Assembly (NCBI GenBank): GCA_020137815.1
Contig: CM035361.1
Span: 4,092,001-4,156,000, forward strand
Reading direction: 5' to 3'
DNA: 64,000 nucleotides
Source of the DNA: Hormiphora californensis
Lineage: Eukaryota; Animalia; Ctenophora
This document shows, piece after piece, positions 27,101-42,100 of this stretch (the stretch's first letter is position 1; the number at the start of each line of letters is the position of its first letter). The translations under genes were made by a program, and so were the position numbers. Below the pieces are notes generated by a model. It did no database searches. It was not told the DNA's origin and was given only the letters and a program-made list of their open reading frames with translations.

Positions 27101-30100
27101 TTGTTTAATCAAAGTTGTGTTAAAAAGTACACCTGCAAATTATTTTACTTTCAATTATTACCCTTTCATCAAAGATTAATAATTTTCTAAGATGATAATC
27201 GAAAATATATCAATTCTTCAGAGGTGATGCTTTGGCAGGATATGAAGCCCAATGCTGGTCAATCTCTCAACGGCTTCCTGAATCCGGAATCCGGAAATAT
27301 TGAAGTCATGATAATGAGTGAGGTATTCAGTTACGATGTCTACCTATACTCCTTTGGCACCACAGCCGTCGCTGATTTGCTTAAACTTGAATTAAGGTAA
27401 AATTTTAAATGATCAAAGCTGCTATAATCAATATCTCAGTTATTCCCTGCCGCGGTGATTAGCTAAACTGAGCTTGCTCAATGCTCATTGCGTGTTTACT
27501 CAATATGTGTGTTTTAAGGTTCTTCGGAGCAGAGATGGAGTACCGGATAATTCACAAGGCCCTCTACACAAGTTCCTGGATGACCCTGGAAAATGTTCCC
27601 AAGATCACCGCCAAGGTAACTATGTGAATCATAGGAACCGACCGACACAAGTAAACAACCAATCAGAACTCGATATTTAGGTCACGTGGCTGGTTATCAG
27701 TCAATCTGGGACCAGTATTTCCTGATTCGGTCGGTTCCTGGTGAATTATAAATGGAGGATCGAAATTAGCCTGTGCTACGTTACATTTTTGTCGACTAGG
27801 CCATAGCACAGGACCTACATGCATTGATCTGCATACATATACAGCACCGCGGCTTCTATTTTGTATACAAAATGGAGTCAGTGCTATCATTGCAGGTTCT
27901 ATATAATTGTGTATAGATCTTAGGCGGGGTGGGGGCAATAACTTACTGAACATATACCGCTGAGGTAGATTGACAGCTTCCAAATCTCAACTTGCCATGG
28001 TGACAACAAACGGCGACCCTTAACTCAATACATCCATTTGTTGCCATGGTGACTCTTCTCAATGAATCCATTTGTTGCAGGTACTGCGTGTGGAGCAGGG
28101 ATACAACGATCTGACCATGTTCATCAATGATATCGCTGTCCTGACCCTGCCTTATGAGGACCAGGAGGCAATCGAGTCGGGATGGACAACGGCCTTCCGG
28201 AATGGGGACGAGGGGGCAAAATACACCTTTGCAAGGACTGCGACAACTAGTTCCGTCGAAATTTACCACCGGGATACTCCTGGTAGGTTCAATGCACAAT
28301 AACTGCACAATTATACAAAGTATTGTACCAATTAATTGATTGTTAAATACAGTAATCAAGTGGTAATTGATAACGTTATTCTCTAGGGGCTGAACGAATA
28401 CTGTAATCGTTACTTTCATTCGGTTCAGCCCGCAGGGAATATTATAAACTTTTTCATTTGTAAGTTTAAATTATCAGGCTAATAAACAGATTCCCAATCA
28501 CCCAACTTAAATGATATTTAAGTGATAATTAATAATTATATATCCCCATTAAATCTCAGTGGTTATACGGGACACGGGACGGTACTATGAGCGAAAAACT
28601 ACTGGGGAGTTCTATTGTATTTCCTTTGGTGGTCCCGCCAGCTCTAACTATCAGCCTTACATGCTTGTAGATGGTAAGTGACACCTTGTAGACGGTGAGT
28701 GACACCTTGTATTCGGTGAGTGACACCTTGTAGACGGTGAGTGACACCTTGTAGACGGTGAGTGACACCTTGTAGACGGTGAGTGACACCTTGTAGATGG
28801 TAAGTGACACCTTGTAGATGGTGAGTGACACCTTGTAGACGGTGAGTGACACCTTGTAGACGGTGAGTGACACCTTGTAGACGGTGAGTGACACCTTGTA
28901 GACGGTGAGTGACACCTTGTAGACGGTGAGTGACACCTTGTAGATGGTGAGTGACACCTTGTAGATGGTGAGTGACACCTTGTAGACGGTGAGTGACACC
29001 TTGTAGATGGTAAGTGACACCTTGTAGATGGTAAGTGACACCTTGTAGACGGTAAGTGACACCTTGTAGACGGTGAGTGACACCTTGTAGATGGTGAGTG
29101 ACACCTTGTAGATGGTGAGTGACACCTTGTAGATGGTGAGTGACACCTTGTAGACGGTGAGTGACACCTTGTAGACGGTGAGTGACACCTTGTAGACGGT
29201 GAGTGACACCTTGTAGATGGTGAGTGACACCTTGTAGATGGTGAGTGACACCTTGTAGACGGTGAGTGACACCTTGTAGATGGTAAGTGACACCTTGTAG
29301 ATGGTAAGTGACACCTTGTAGACGGTAAGTGACACCTTGTAGACGGTGAGTGACACCTTGTAGATGGTGAGTGACACCTTGTAGATGGTGAGTGACACCT
29401 TGTAGATGGTGAGTGACACCTTGTAGACGGTGAGTGATACCTTGTAGACGGTGAGTGACACCTTGTAGACGGTGAGTGACACCTTGTAGACGGTGAGTGA
29501 CACCTTGTAGATGGTGAGTGACACCTTGTAGATGGTGAGTGACACCTTGTAGATGGTGAGTGACACCTTGTAGATGGTGAGTGACACCTTGTAGACGGTG
29601 AGTGATACCTTGTAGACGGTGAGTGACACCTTGTAGACGGTGAGTGACACCTTGTAGACGGTGAGTGACACCTTGTAGATGGTGAGTGACACCTTGTAGA
29701 TGGTGAGTGACACCTTGTAGATGGTGAGTAACACCTTGTAGATGGTAAGTGACACCTTGTAGATGGTAAGTGACACCTTGTAGATGGTAAGTGACACCTT
29801 GTAGACGGTGAGTGACACCTTGTAGATGGTAAGTGACACCTTGTAGACGGTGAGTGACACCTTGTAGACGGTGAGTGACACCTTGTAGACGGTGAGTGAC
29901 ACCGTGTAGATGGTAAGTGACACCTTGTAGACGGTAAGTGACACCTTGTAGACGGTGAGTGACACCTTGTAGACGGTGAGTGACACCTTGTAGATGGTGA
30001 GCGACACCTTGTAGACGGTGAGTGACACCTTGTAGACGGTGAGTGACACCTTGTAGATGGTGAGTGACACCTTGTAGATGGTGAGTGACACCTTGTAGAC

Positions 30101-33100
30101 GGTGAGTGACACCTTGTAGATGGTAAGTGACACCTTGTAGATGGTGAGTGACACCTTGTAGATGCTGAGTGACACTTTCAAGCTTTACACGCTTAATCAA
30201 GAAGTTGTATAATCAACTAATTAATAAATTAATTACAGGTGAGATATCAGGCGGACAGAAAATGGAATCTCAGACAAGTGGTACCTACTCGACACACGCA
30301 GGCGGAGTCCTCGCAAATATGTACAAATTGGACATCACAGAATCCAAAAAGTATACATGCATGGAACCTACAATTAACAAAAATCCCAAATCACTCGATG
30401 TACACTTTATTGGTAAGTTTGGTAACTACAAATCACTTGATATACACTTTATTATGTTCAATAGCTGCAGCAAAATTAATTGTTTGAATTACGTTAAATG
30501 TATTTCAGCCTACTCAGACACCTCACAAATTGTTTGTTTTATTTATTTCAGCCTATTCTACGATGTCACAAGCGACCGTTCTGAATGGAGATATTGCCAC
30601 AATATCCTGTTCTCTGGGCCCCTTCCAAGCTGATGACGTGACAGAATTAGACCGGTACACGCCTTATATCTATGAGAACGGTTCTCCTATTGATATTGTT
30701 GAGCAAGAGGTGAGATTAGTTGTAATTAATTAATGCTATGCTTAGAATTCTGTTGAGATTATTTATCAGTGAATTAATTCTATATATTAGGCTGTCCAGT
30801 ATTGATTGTCGTTGGGCTTTTATGAGACAATGGTTTGAGATAGAGCAAAATGGACTTCACCACCGTTTTTCTCATGCGATTTTGGATCGGAATAAGATGC
30901 CCGGTATCGGTATGTGCTTGTTCTTGGTTCCCAGCAGGCTATTTTCTCTACCCCACTCTTGTTGACGCTGCATATGAAAAATCGCGATTTTCGAGTTTTA
31001 GCACCAAAACTGCTGTACTTCTTAAAAATGGTACCTGAGTGATGTTTTGTTGCATCAAGCTTGTTCATTGGACAATTATCTATCGTTTAAGATGTAATAA
31101 AATATCCTATCTTTATTTTGTAACTGAGCAATGTGCCTCCAAAAAGTTTTGGTAAAAATTAGAAACTTTTACTTCCGGGTCTCATCACGATTGACTTGTA
31201 ATAAAAAACTCTGCAGTAAAAGATAGTTCTAAGTAAGCTCTAAGACGTGGTTAAGCCAATTATGTGATTGGTTGACTTTTTAAGTGACTAATTGACGTTT
31301 TCAAAAACGGGCCAGTTTTTGTATGCACTTTTTCGCTTTTTCATGATACATTTACTGTTCTAGACGTTATAAGTGAACACTTAGAGACCCAAATCGCATA
31401 CATATCTCATCCTTAGACGATTGTCTATCGATTGAGCACTACGGGAGCTGAAGAAACCGTACCAATTTTCTTCCAGCAGCGTTTAAAAAACATTGGTAAC
31501 CCCGTGCAGCAGCAAAAAGAGTGGCGTAGAGGAAATAGCCTGGTGGGAACCGAGAACAACCAAATACCAGTATCAGGCATCATATTCCGATCTAAAATCG
31601 CATGAGAAAAACGGTGGTGAAGTCCATTTTGCTCTATCTCAAACCATTTTTCGATAAAAGCCCAACGACAATCAATACTGGACAGCCTAATAGTTGTTAA
31701 TAAATTAATCCGATGCATACTTCTCAAATCTCAAAGTTTAATTGAGCTGTTATAATTGGTTCTAATACATACCATCACTTCCATTCCTAGCAATAAGTCA
31801 ATAGTATATCCGATAACTAACTTAAGTAAATAAGTAATTAACTCATTATTCATTAAGTAATTAAATAACTAACTAATTAACTCTTCCCAGCAATACGTCA
31901 CTGTTGATTCGAGTAACATGGTCACGACAATATATAAAACTGCAATTACCGCTGATAAAACTTTCTCCTGTGCTGTCTGGATGATGACACAATATGAGGA
32001 TCGGGCCAATTTGGCGCTCAATGAGTTCCCTGCCAAGCAGTTCGGTTAGTCAAATAGTGTTCCTCATAGAGTTTTCAAGTGTTAGTTCCACAAAGATAAT
32101 TATTTATCAATTATTAACTAAGAAGTAAAATTCAGAACATGATATGAGGAAACAGCTTTTTTAGTCAAATCATAATTACAAAATAAACATCTACAGCCTA
32201 GATTAATTAACGCCACAACTTGACCCATTAACGCTCATCATCCCTTTGTAGCTATATCAACTGAGACAACTTCAAGCTTTAATGCCAGGGGAACCTACAT
32301 GGTACTAACATGTGTCATGGACCCTGAAATCACAGAGGAAACAATAAAGTTCTACTGGGAGTCTAACGGTAACTAATTAGCCAATTAGTGACCACTTCCT
32401 AGTTAATTAATTAGCCAATTAGTAACAATCTATTTGGGCGATCTATTCGGGCCCCCGTATTAATCCACTAAACTTTACCCCTCAGGTCAAAAGTATTACT
32501 CTGTTGCACTTTACCCCTCAGGGCAAAAGTATTACTCCACTAAACTTTACCCCTCAGGTCAAAAGTATTACTCTATTGGTCGGAACCAGGAGGACAGTAA
32601 ATTACACACCAGCCCCGATCACGGGATAACCCGAGTCTCCGAGTCGGTAAGTTAGTGTAATGCCCCCTTTAACATGAACGGTAACCCTAACCTAAGCGTC
32701 CGAGTCGGATATGTCGAGTTGTCCGTGTGGCCAAAATCTTCATTATTATTATTATTATTAGTGCATTCTTACAGAAACGTAATTAAACTTTAAACTCCTT
32801 CAGAGCAAATTGAAGAGTTTGTTAACTATCTCTGGAGGTGTAATGACTGAAGATGCGACATGGACATGTGGTGTAGAAGTCAACAACGGTGCAACGTATA
32901 CAGACACAATATCATTTAAAGTGTTTGGTAAGAACATCGAGGGAAATCATTTGGCTAAATATAGACAGTAAAATCTTATATGTAACTCACGACATAGCAT
33001 AGCTGAGTGTCGAAAATCCTTCAAAATGTTTCGAGAGATGTGCCTGGAATCTAAATTAGAAGATATTGTTTTCCCCATTTGATTGTCCCCTTTTGATCAG

Positions 33101-36100
33101 ATTTGGAGGTTTCCTCTGTGTGGGCGACGGCTGGGACAACCGCTACCATTACAGCTAAATTATCCAACACCTTCTTCGAACCTTCATTCAGATTCCAGGA
33201 AAGCAAAAGTAAATATCAACGTGTTTATTGATTTATTAACATAATTATTAACGTTAATTAATCTACATATCTCCTAGAAAACTGTGTTACGCTGTTATCA
33301 TTTTACAAACTATGCACTTATAATAATATAATCTGATAGTATACAGCTGATGTAATTAAAATTATATTTTCAGTTAATCTACAGAATATGGAGCTCATAA
33401 TTAATTATATTTTCAGTTAATCTTCAGGATAGTGAGCTCACAGTCAGTGCTAAAGAAAACGGATATGAAGGGGTAAGCTACATAAGAAACAACATATAAA
33501 GTAGTTTCTAAGAAACATAAGAAACAACATATAAAGTAGTTTCTAAGAAACATAAGAAACAACATATAAAGTAGTTTCTAAGAAACAACGAATCAGAGCT
33601 GCTGAAAGAATGTTGCGTTTGTATCAATTGTTGTACTACAAGAGACTGGTAATGTATGTTATTGTTTCCACTATTCACACCAGTGGTGTGTATTTCAATG
33701 AGTACTAAAACACGTGGGTTTCAGACAAAATCCTTCACAATTGGCTCAACTGAGACGGAGAACTATGACTTCGTTGTTACGGCCGGTGCCACAACCTACA
33801 CAACAAGGACATGGACGACAACAGGGAGCGTCAACATTTATAGTAAGCTATTAAAATCTTCTAGAAAAATCTTCTTTCTTTATTGTTATTATTATTAGCT
33901 TACTAAGCTAATAATTAGCTTACTAAGATAATAATAATAAAAATAAAGAAAGAAGACTTTGCTTTGGCCACACGACCAATTCGACATAAAATACTCTACA
34001 CAAATTGTTTCTAAACCCATCTCCCCCCAGATATTGCTGAAAAGTCTGCTCACAAGATCCTGACTGGAAGTGCGTTCAACAAAACTGTCGAGGTTTCCAG
34101 TTTGAGCAACAGCGAGGTTACCATTACTTGGGATGTCGGTGGAGTCGTTTACACGTACAGTGAAGAGTAAGTTGATAAACATTTAAATGGAGAAGTAATT
34201 TTGATATCTCCTTCTGGTGATCAACACACACACACACGCCCTCTGTACAACAGTTTAATGGGGAAGAGTAAGTTGATAAACATAAATGCTTATTGAGGGG
34301 TGGATCCATGATTCAGAAAGCCTTTTTTATTGTCAACACTCCGGAACCAAATATCACTTCTCCCTTCCTTCCCCACTAACTCTACTCACACACAGGGACC
34401 TGCTAAGTGCTGACAATATCTACGTTAAAACGTGGCCAGTGGATTCCACAACCTACCGTTCTATGATCCATTTCCCGGCGGGTGTTTACTCCAGTGAAAC
34501 GGTTACCTTCAAATCAACAGTTGCCGGAACAACGTCTGAACTTGTGATACCAGTAGAGTTCTTTGGTGAGCAATCACTTTAAATTTTATATTTTATTATT
34601 TTTTTTATATTTTATTATTTTTTCGCAACTTCTCCGTATCCAGCTGCTATATCACTGCTCCGGCAATCACTTAAAATTCGGATAGAACCACTTGACGCAG
34701 ACGAAACATACTTCGTCCCTACTTGGTCATCAAAAACTCACTAACAAACTCCACACCTAAGTCTAAGCAATTCCCTTCCACTATATAACTTACATCTGCA
34801 GACATGGGAGCATCATCCTAGCAGACTCTATACATTCCCTTCTACTTACACCATCATTAACTAACTAATCAATTAACTAATTACCTAATTAACTAATCAA
34901 TTAATTTACACCATCATAAACTAATCAAATAATTCTCCTACAGATATAACCCCTACGAGGGAGCATCATATTGTTGGTAAAGCCACAACCGTGACATGTA
35001 GCGTGGCGTCTCAGCTGACGACCAGTAGTGTTACTGCCTTCAGTTTGAAATGGTTGCGAGGCGACGCTGATTATGGAGCAGGGTGAGTCATGTGGCTGTA
35101 TATATCTGATATTGATCAAAATACCGGCCTCTGATTGGTCAAAATATAGGCCTCTGATTGGTCAAAATACCGGCCTCGCATTGGTCCGAATATCGGTATC
35201 AGAGACCGGGTCAAAATGACTTTCACTAACTGTACATTGATTTTTGTTTTCAGAGTAAAAACAGGTTTTACCGACGGCACTGGAACGATGACATTGGTTC
35301 TTGGTACATCAGATGTACGTTTAACATACCACTAAAAAAATCACTGCTATGTTTTATGAAGGAGTAGTTAATTAACTCCAATTTCCTGTTAAATTGTTTT
35401 TCCAACAATTAAGGAAAGCTTCAAATAACACGTTCTTATCATGCAGATCACAGTTGGTGGAGAACCGTTCACCTGCATGATAACCCAGAACGATGGGAAT
35501 GACGTGAATAAGCCAATTAAGTGGTACAGCACTATTGTAGAATACATTCCTGTGACCGTTTCATTCCCTACTGAGAAGGATGCTACATACCAGGGTAACT
35601 AAAACGAAATAGTAACCATGGCAACTAAAACGAAATTAACCATTCCTGCACATGCAACACTATGAAAAGTTTTTTAAAAAAACCATACCGCGTTCCATAA
35701 ACCGCGTTCCACAAACCATATACAAATGTACTACTTGATAATACCCCGGGTCCACAGGCACGGTAGCACAGCTGGTAGCAAAGGTGGAGGGAGTTGAGCA
35801 GGATTATCTTCCTGTTGAGTGGGAGATTGACGGGACAGAGTACCTTCTTACCGATCCAAATATGGTCAAGAAAGTGAATGTTACCCAAACTAAAACCACG
35901 GTAATATTAAATTTGTAACCAAATGCAACTAATTGCAACTAATTCTTACCAATTGCAACTAATTGCAACAAATTGTTACCAAATTGATAAGCAACTAATT
36001 GTTACCAATTGCGACTAATTGTTACCAATTGTATCCAATTGTAACAACTTGCCAACCAATTGTACCTTAAAAATACACAATTAAGAGATTCGACAACTCG

Positions 36101-39100
36101 GTATTCCATGCAGGTCGGCAGCACCTATACATACATGGTTACTGCTGATATCTCCAGTGAGATCACTACAAAGGGAGATCAGGGAGCCACTATGGCTATC
36201 CAGCTGAACTCGGGCAATGACAATTGGACCTTTATGACTAGCATAGAAACATTCAGTAAGTTAAGCAAGATATATCTAGTAACCATAGCAATTACAAGCA
36301 ATCTCTAGTAATTAGTAACTATAGCAACTACAATCTACAATTAGTAACCATGGCAACTGTTCACAGCGGCATCAAGTTATTCCAATGGATGGGTTGAGGT
36401 CACGCTGGCTGGTTTCACAACCGGATTCACCCCTGGAACTGTTGGTAAGTATCATATGAAGCAGAAACCGACCGAATCAGGAAATACTGGTCCCTGATTG
36501 GCTGATAACGAGTCACGTGACCTAAATAACGAGTTCTGATTGGTTGTTTACTTGTTTCGGTCGGTTCCTGGTAAGTATCATATGAACTCTTTCATGAAGG
36601 CTATAAGCCTTTCTAGAAGAGACAAAATCTCATACAAAACTGATCTAACAGTTCACTCTTTTTAGTTTTTGTCACTGACTCGGGAGTTGATATCGGAGAA
36701 ACTAAGACGGACAACGGCGTCACCTACACCTACACAGCTGATACAGGCAACATGAAATACAAAGTCTCACCGTCAGGCAGTGTAAGTAACAAGAGACAGC
36801 AGTAACAACTTGGTCATCTGTAGTGTAAGTAACAACTTGGTCATCTGCAGTAGGTTTCCCTAGTTTAAACGTGCGAGGCAATATAGCTTTGTTAACAGAG
36901 CAAAACAGACCTGTTTTTGCAACTAAAAGACCATGTACGTTTAAGTGAAAACTTATAAGTAATTAAACCCCGGACAGGGTTTACCAAGCTATTTACTAAC
37001 AATAGCATCTCTTTCTCACACAGAACACCGATGACGTCAAGTACAAGGTGAAGGTGACAGTTGGCACTCATGAGTCCGAATTTGAAGTTGATTTGCTGAA
37101 TTATGGTAAGAACAAAAGAAGTGTGCTTTAAACTTTTCAAAATACATAATGGTTTTTAGAGACTACTAAATTGGTGAATCCGATTTGATTTGATAAGAGC
37201 GGTTGCCATAAGGAAGCGATAATATTTTCACATTCTTCGATAACTAAGGTTATCCTTGCACGCTAACAATAAGAGTTACTCCTTCATAAATACTATTGTT
37301 TAGGTGTCACGGGAAGCAAATCCCTGGCGATGTCTGGAGAAACAGTGACAATGACTTGTGCGGTGTTTGGATGGGATCAATCCAGCGATATGGATGTCAC
37401 TTGGACAACAAGTGTCAACTATCAACAAGTCACCTACACCGACGATAATGGTAGTTTAGTTAATAATTAGTTAGTTAATTAAACATGTTAGACAAAATTA
37501 AACTTGAAGCTGATATTGATCAAAGAAACAGGGTTTTATTAAACTTCTTCCAAATTAAATGTAGCTGTAGATTGTAGAATGAAACCGTATGAATATCGTG
37601 TTTCCTATAAAAACTACATAATATCTTCTTATGAGTCTGTCTCCCTATGTACTAACATTGTTCTAACATTATCTCCCCCTATACAGACTTGGTGGAAATA
37701 GACCAAGGAACAGCGAGTGGAGGAGTCCAGGTATCAACACTTACCATGTCAAACCCAATCGCAACCGCTGACCAAACTTACACATGCACGTTCAGCAAGA
37801 CCGCAGATGGAACTTCACGAACTGCAACTTCAACCCTTGATACATTCAGTAAGTGTAAATTACAGGAACCGACCGAATAAGGAAATACTGGTCCCTGATT
37901 GGCTGATAACCAGTCACGTGACCTAAATAACGAGCTCCGATTGGTTGTTTACTTGGTTCGGTCGGTTCCTGGTAAATTATAATGACATATCGTTAACATC
38001 GTTAGTATGCCTAAAAAGTAACGTTTCTTCGTAGAGTTTATCAATTCCCTACACAATCAAAGTTACAATTAAAGCAAATTTACTCTCTTCCCATTGCAGC
38101 TGTGAGTACGGCCAATAAGGAGGTGCAGAAGGGGACTACGAAGAAGCTGACGTGTACCATCAACGGTCTGGCTGACACCTCGGAATTCCTGAAGAGCAAC
38201 TGGATCTATGGCGGTCAAACATATGCCATGAAAGATAGTCATGTAAGTGCTAGCTATCAGTAATGAACCACTAAGTAATCAGAAAACCAAGATCCTCTAT
38301 GCATACACATATGCATACACATTACACCAGTGATAGGAATTAACATTATTTGGACATCGCGTACATCATCAAGTTATTGTAAAACTAATGATAATTAATT
38401 ATTTTATGATAATTTTGACATCATGAAACATATGTTTGCCACTTTCAATTGGTATTCTGCTCCCTCTACACCTGGTCGAATAATAATAATATTCCGCGCT
38501 TATATACCGCCCATACCCGACGGAAACATGTCAAAATATTGGCGATGTTCCGACGAGTCATCAGAGCGGTATATCCTAGAGTAAAAATATCGCACACGAA
38601 CAATTCTGGTTGAAAAAGACAATATATGGAAAACCAAATTAACTGGACTTATCAAACTGGGGGAATAACTGGTCCCATAAACCTGTAGATATAATTTTAA
38701 ACACGCTATACTCACACCTGCTCAAAAAAGGATACCAGATAGTGATTTAATAACATGACTAGAGAGAGGATGACACTGATTGCCCGCAGACCCCACAACT
38801 ACAACAAACATTACAACTCAGCCATGGGTTCCCCATCACCCACTCCAAATGCACCAACGAAGAGATGTGTTTTCAGGCGAGCTTTAAAGGTATCAACGTT
38901 GGGGATCGACCTTAACTCGAGGGGTAGCTCATTCCAAATAGCAGGCAGAAATACTGATAGTCTCCTACGTCTCAATTTAGAATTGGCGTTGATACTGGTC
39001 ATCTTGGGGTGTTTTAATCTGTAAGGATCAATAACACTAGTCATCCTTGTTGTCCTGGAGACTCCCCAGCTTTCATCTTAAGAGGTACCATTTCCTGGAG

Positions 39101-42100
39101 GTAACCTGGTGCTGTTCCATAGACTATCTTATAAGCGATTAGACAGGCTTTGAAGTCCAGTCTGTAGGAGATGGGTAAAATATGACACTGCCTGAAGTAT
39201 TCCGAGTAATCCTCTTGATGCCCATGGATGTTGAATATAAAGCGTACACAGGAGTTTAGTGTTTTCTGGAGCCCACCAAGAACTCGGGCCGGAAGTCCAC
39301 AGTACAGAATATTACTGTAATCAATCCTCGATATAATCAATTGTTTCACCAACATTATCTTCGTTTGAATATCAAAACATCTGTGTAACTGCCAAAGATT
39401 CCGTAGTATCAGCCCACACTGTTTCCTCACATTGTTAACCTGTCGTTCAAGATTAAGATTGTGGTCCAAGAGTATTCCCAAGGTTTTCCCATCTGCTCCA
39501 CTACATTCACTGGGGAAGATTTCCGTTCCTCCAAAGTTGATAACTGGATCGAAAGAGATTTTACTCAAAGAACTGCGCTTTCCAAGCAGGATGAATTCCG
39601 TTTTGGCCTCATTACACTTCAACCACTGCCCCACCATCCACCGTTTCACCTTCGCCAGACACTCCTCAATATCCACCTTCGTCCTAGACCAGCCAGTAGA
39701 ATCCGTAGGAACCAAACTCACATAGAGCTGGGAGTCGTCTGCATATAACTTTATCCGGAGTCCATATGGTTCCACAATATCTTGCACAGCTTCAATGTAA
39801 AGTAGAAACAAAATAGGACCAAGAAGAGACCCCTGGGGCACTCCACAGAGTAAGGCCAGGGTATCCGAGAGACAATCACCAACCGAGACTCTAAAAGATC
39901 TGGAACTCAGGTAGCTCTTAAACCATTGAAGAGGATCACCATCCACTCCAAACCGTTTCTGCAACACCTCCAACAACTTTCCATGATCCACTGTGTCAAA
40001 CGCAGCGCTCATGTCCAAACAGATCAGAGCAACAACATTTCCTTTATCCATCTCACCTAATACATCATCAAACATGCTGGCTAACAGCGTTTCGCAACTG
40101 TGACCAGCACGATAACCGGATTGATGCTTGCCCAGAAGTGAATTGCTTTCAAGGTACTCATTCAGCTGCGTGAGCACCACCTTTTCTAGGAGCTTAGAAA
40201 GGAATGGGATATTTGAGACAGGACGATAGTTACTGAGAGCTTCCCTATCTCCGTACAGATTCTTGATGGTAGGAAACACGATAGCTTTCTGGAGAGATTC
40301 CGCAACTGTAGACTGATGTAGAGATTGGTTTACCATCGATGTTAATAATTAGTTAGTTAATTAAACATGTTAGACAAAATTAAACTTGAAGCTGATATTG
40401 ATCAAAGAAACAGGGTTTTATTAAACTTCTTCCAAATTAAATGTAGCTGTAGATTGTAGAATGAAACCGTATGAATATCGTGTTTCCTATAAAAACTACA
40501 TAATATCTTCTTATGAGTCTGTCTCCCTATGTACTAACATTGTTCTAACATTATCTCCCCCTATACAGACTTGGTAGAAATAGACCAAGGAACAGCGAGT
40601 GGAGGAGTCCAGGTATCAACACTTACCATGTCAAACCCAATCGCAACCGCTGACCAAACTTACACATGCACGTTCAGCAAGACCGCAGATGGAACTTCAC
40701 GAACTGCAACTTCAACCCTTGATACATTCAGTAAGTGTAAATTACAGGAACCGACCGAATAAGGAAATACTGGTCCCTGATTGGCTGATAACCAGTCACG
40801 TGACCTAAATAACGAGTTCTGATTGGTTGTTTACTTGGTTCGGTCGGTTCCTGGTAAATTATAATGACATATCGTTAACATCGTTAGTATGCCTAAAAAG
40901 TAACGTTTCTTCGTAGATTTTATCAATTCCCTACACAATCAAAGTTACAATTAAAGCAAATTTACTCTCTTCCCATTGCAGCTACAACTTTATTAGGGAT
41001 CCCTATAAAAGTTACAATTAAAGCAAATTTACTCTCTTCCCATTGCAGCTGTGAGCACTGCCAATAAGGAGGTGCAGAAGGGAACTACGAAGAAGCTGAC
41101 ATGTACCATCAACGGTCTGGCTGACTCCTCGGAATTCCTGAAGAGCAACTGGATCTATGGCGGTCAAACATATGCCATGAAAGATAGTCATGTAAGTGCA
41201 CTAGCTATCAGTAATGACCCCCTAAGAAATCAGAAAACCAAGATCCTCTATGCATGCACATTACACCAGTGATAGGAATTAACATTATTTGGACATCGCG
41301 TACATCATCAAGTTATGTAAAACTAATGATAATTAATTATTTTATGATAATTTGGATAATTTGATGATAAATATTCCCCTTCAGACCGACCATATTCTCC
41401 GTGTGCCAACACAACACTATAATGGTACACCCGCACAGTCGTGTTCCTTCCTTGTTTTTAGTTTTTTTCTTCAGAATGACCAGTACGTGGTAGAAGATGC
41501 TGGAGTTGAATCCATCCTGACCATCGATGGGTCAGTCTCCGGAGCGGTCGATGAGACCTGGACCTGCCGCTTCTTCTTCACCACCCAGAGCGTCCAGACT
41601 GATATAACAGTCGTCAACAATGTGTTTGGTACGTGTGAAATTAGTTTAATTTAATTAATTTAATCCTTCAAGAATTTAACGTACCTAATATAGTGTAACT
41701 AACTAACTAACCTAATAGTGTAACTCCCAACTGTTGATACAATACTAATTATTAATTGGCTAATATATCTTCCTTCAGATTTCGATACGGACTACACCAA
41801 CTACCAGGTGGGGGAAGAGAATACTGTAACATGCAAGGTCACCTCTATTAACAAGGCTGTAACAACACTCGCCTGGACATTGGCGTCAGGTACATATTAC
41901 AATTAAACTACACATTGTACAGTTGGTATACACATGTAAATTAAAATACATTAAAACTGAAGTGTATTACTTTCTCGTGAACTAATTTAGTGGGGAAAGG
42001 GTCGCCGCCGAAAGGATTTGGGGCACACGTATATCATTTAACACGCGTCTGAAAAATATATAACGTGTACGTCTAACACAACAGGTTCCTCTATCACTGA

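Larger units (their letters stand above)
37459..41353 (+). repeat. About 0.96-kb direct duplication (37459-38415 / 40341-41353) containing two exons, flanking the truncated LINE
   Basis: Near-identical intron, exon and MITE sequence in both copies. Confidence 0.92.

Noticed and set aside
28556-30200. 541-aa and 518-aa minus-strand ORFs; CRISPR-like regularity
   Set aside because: Stop-free frames of a 21-bp minisatellite; no unique spacers, no cas genes, eukaryotic context.
38502-38574. Hammerhead ribozyme (CTGATGA on the minus strand)
   Set aside because: No GAAA core or three-way junction; it folds as a single LINE 3' hairpin.
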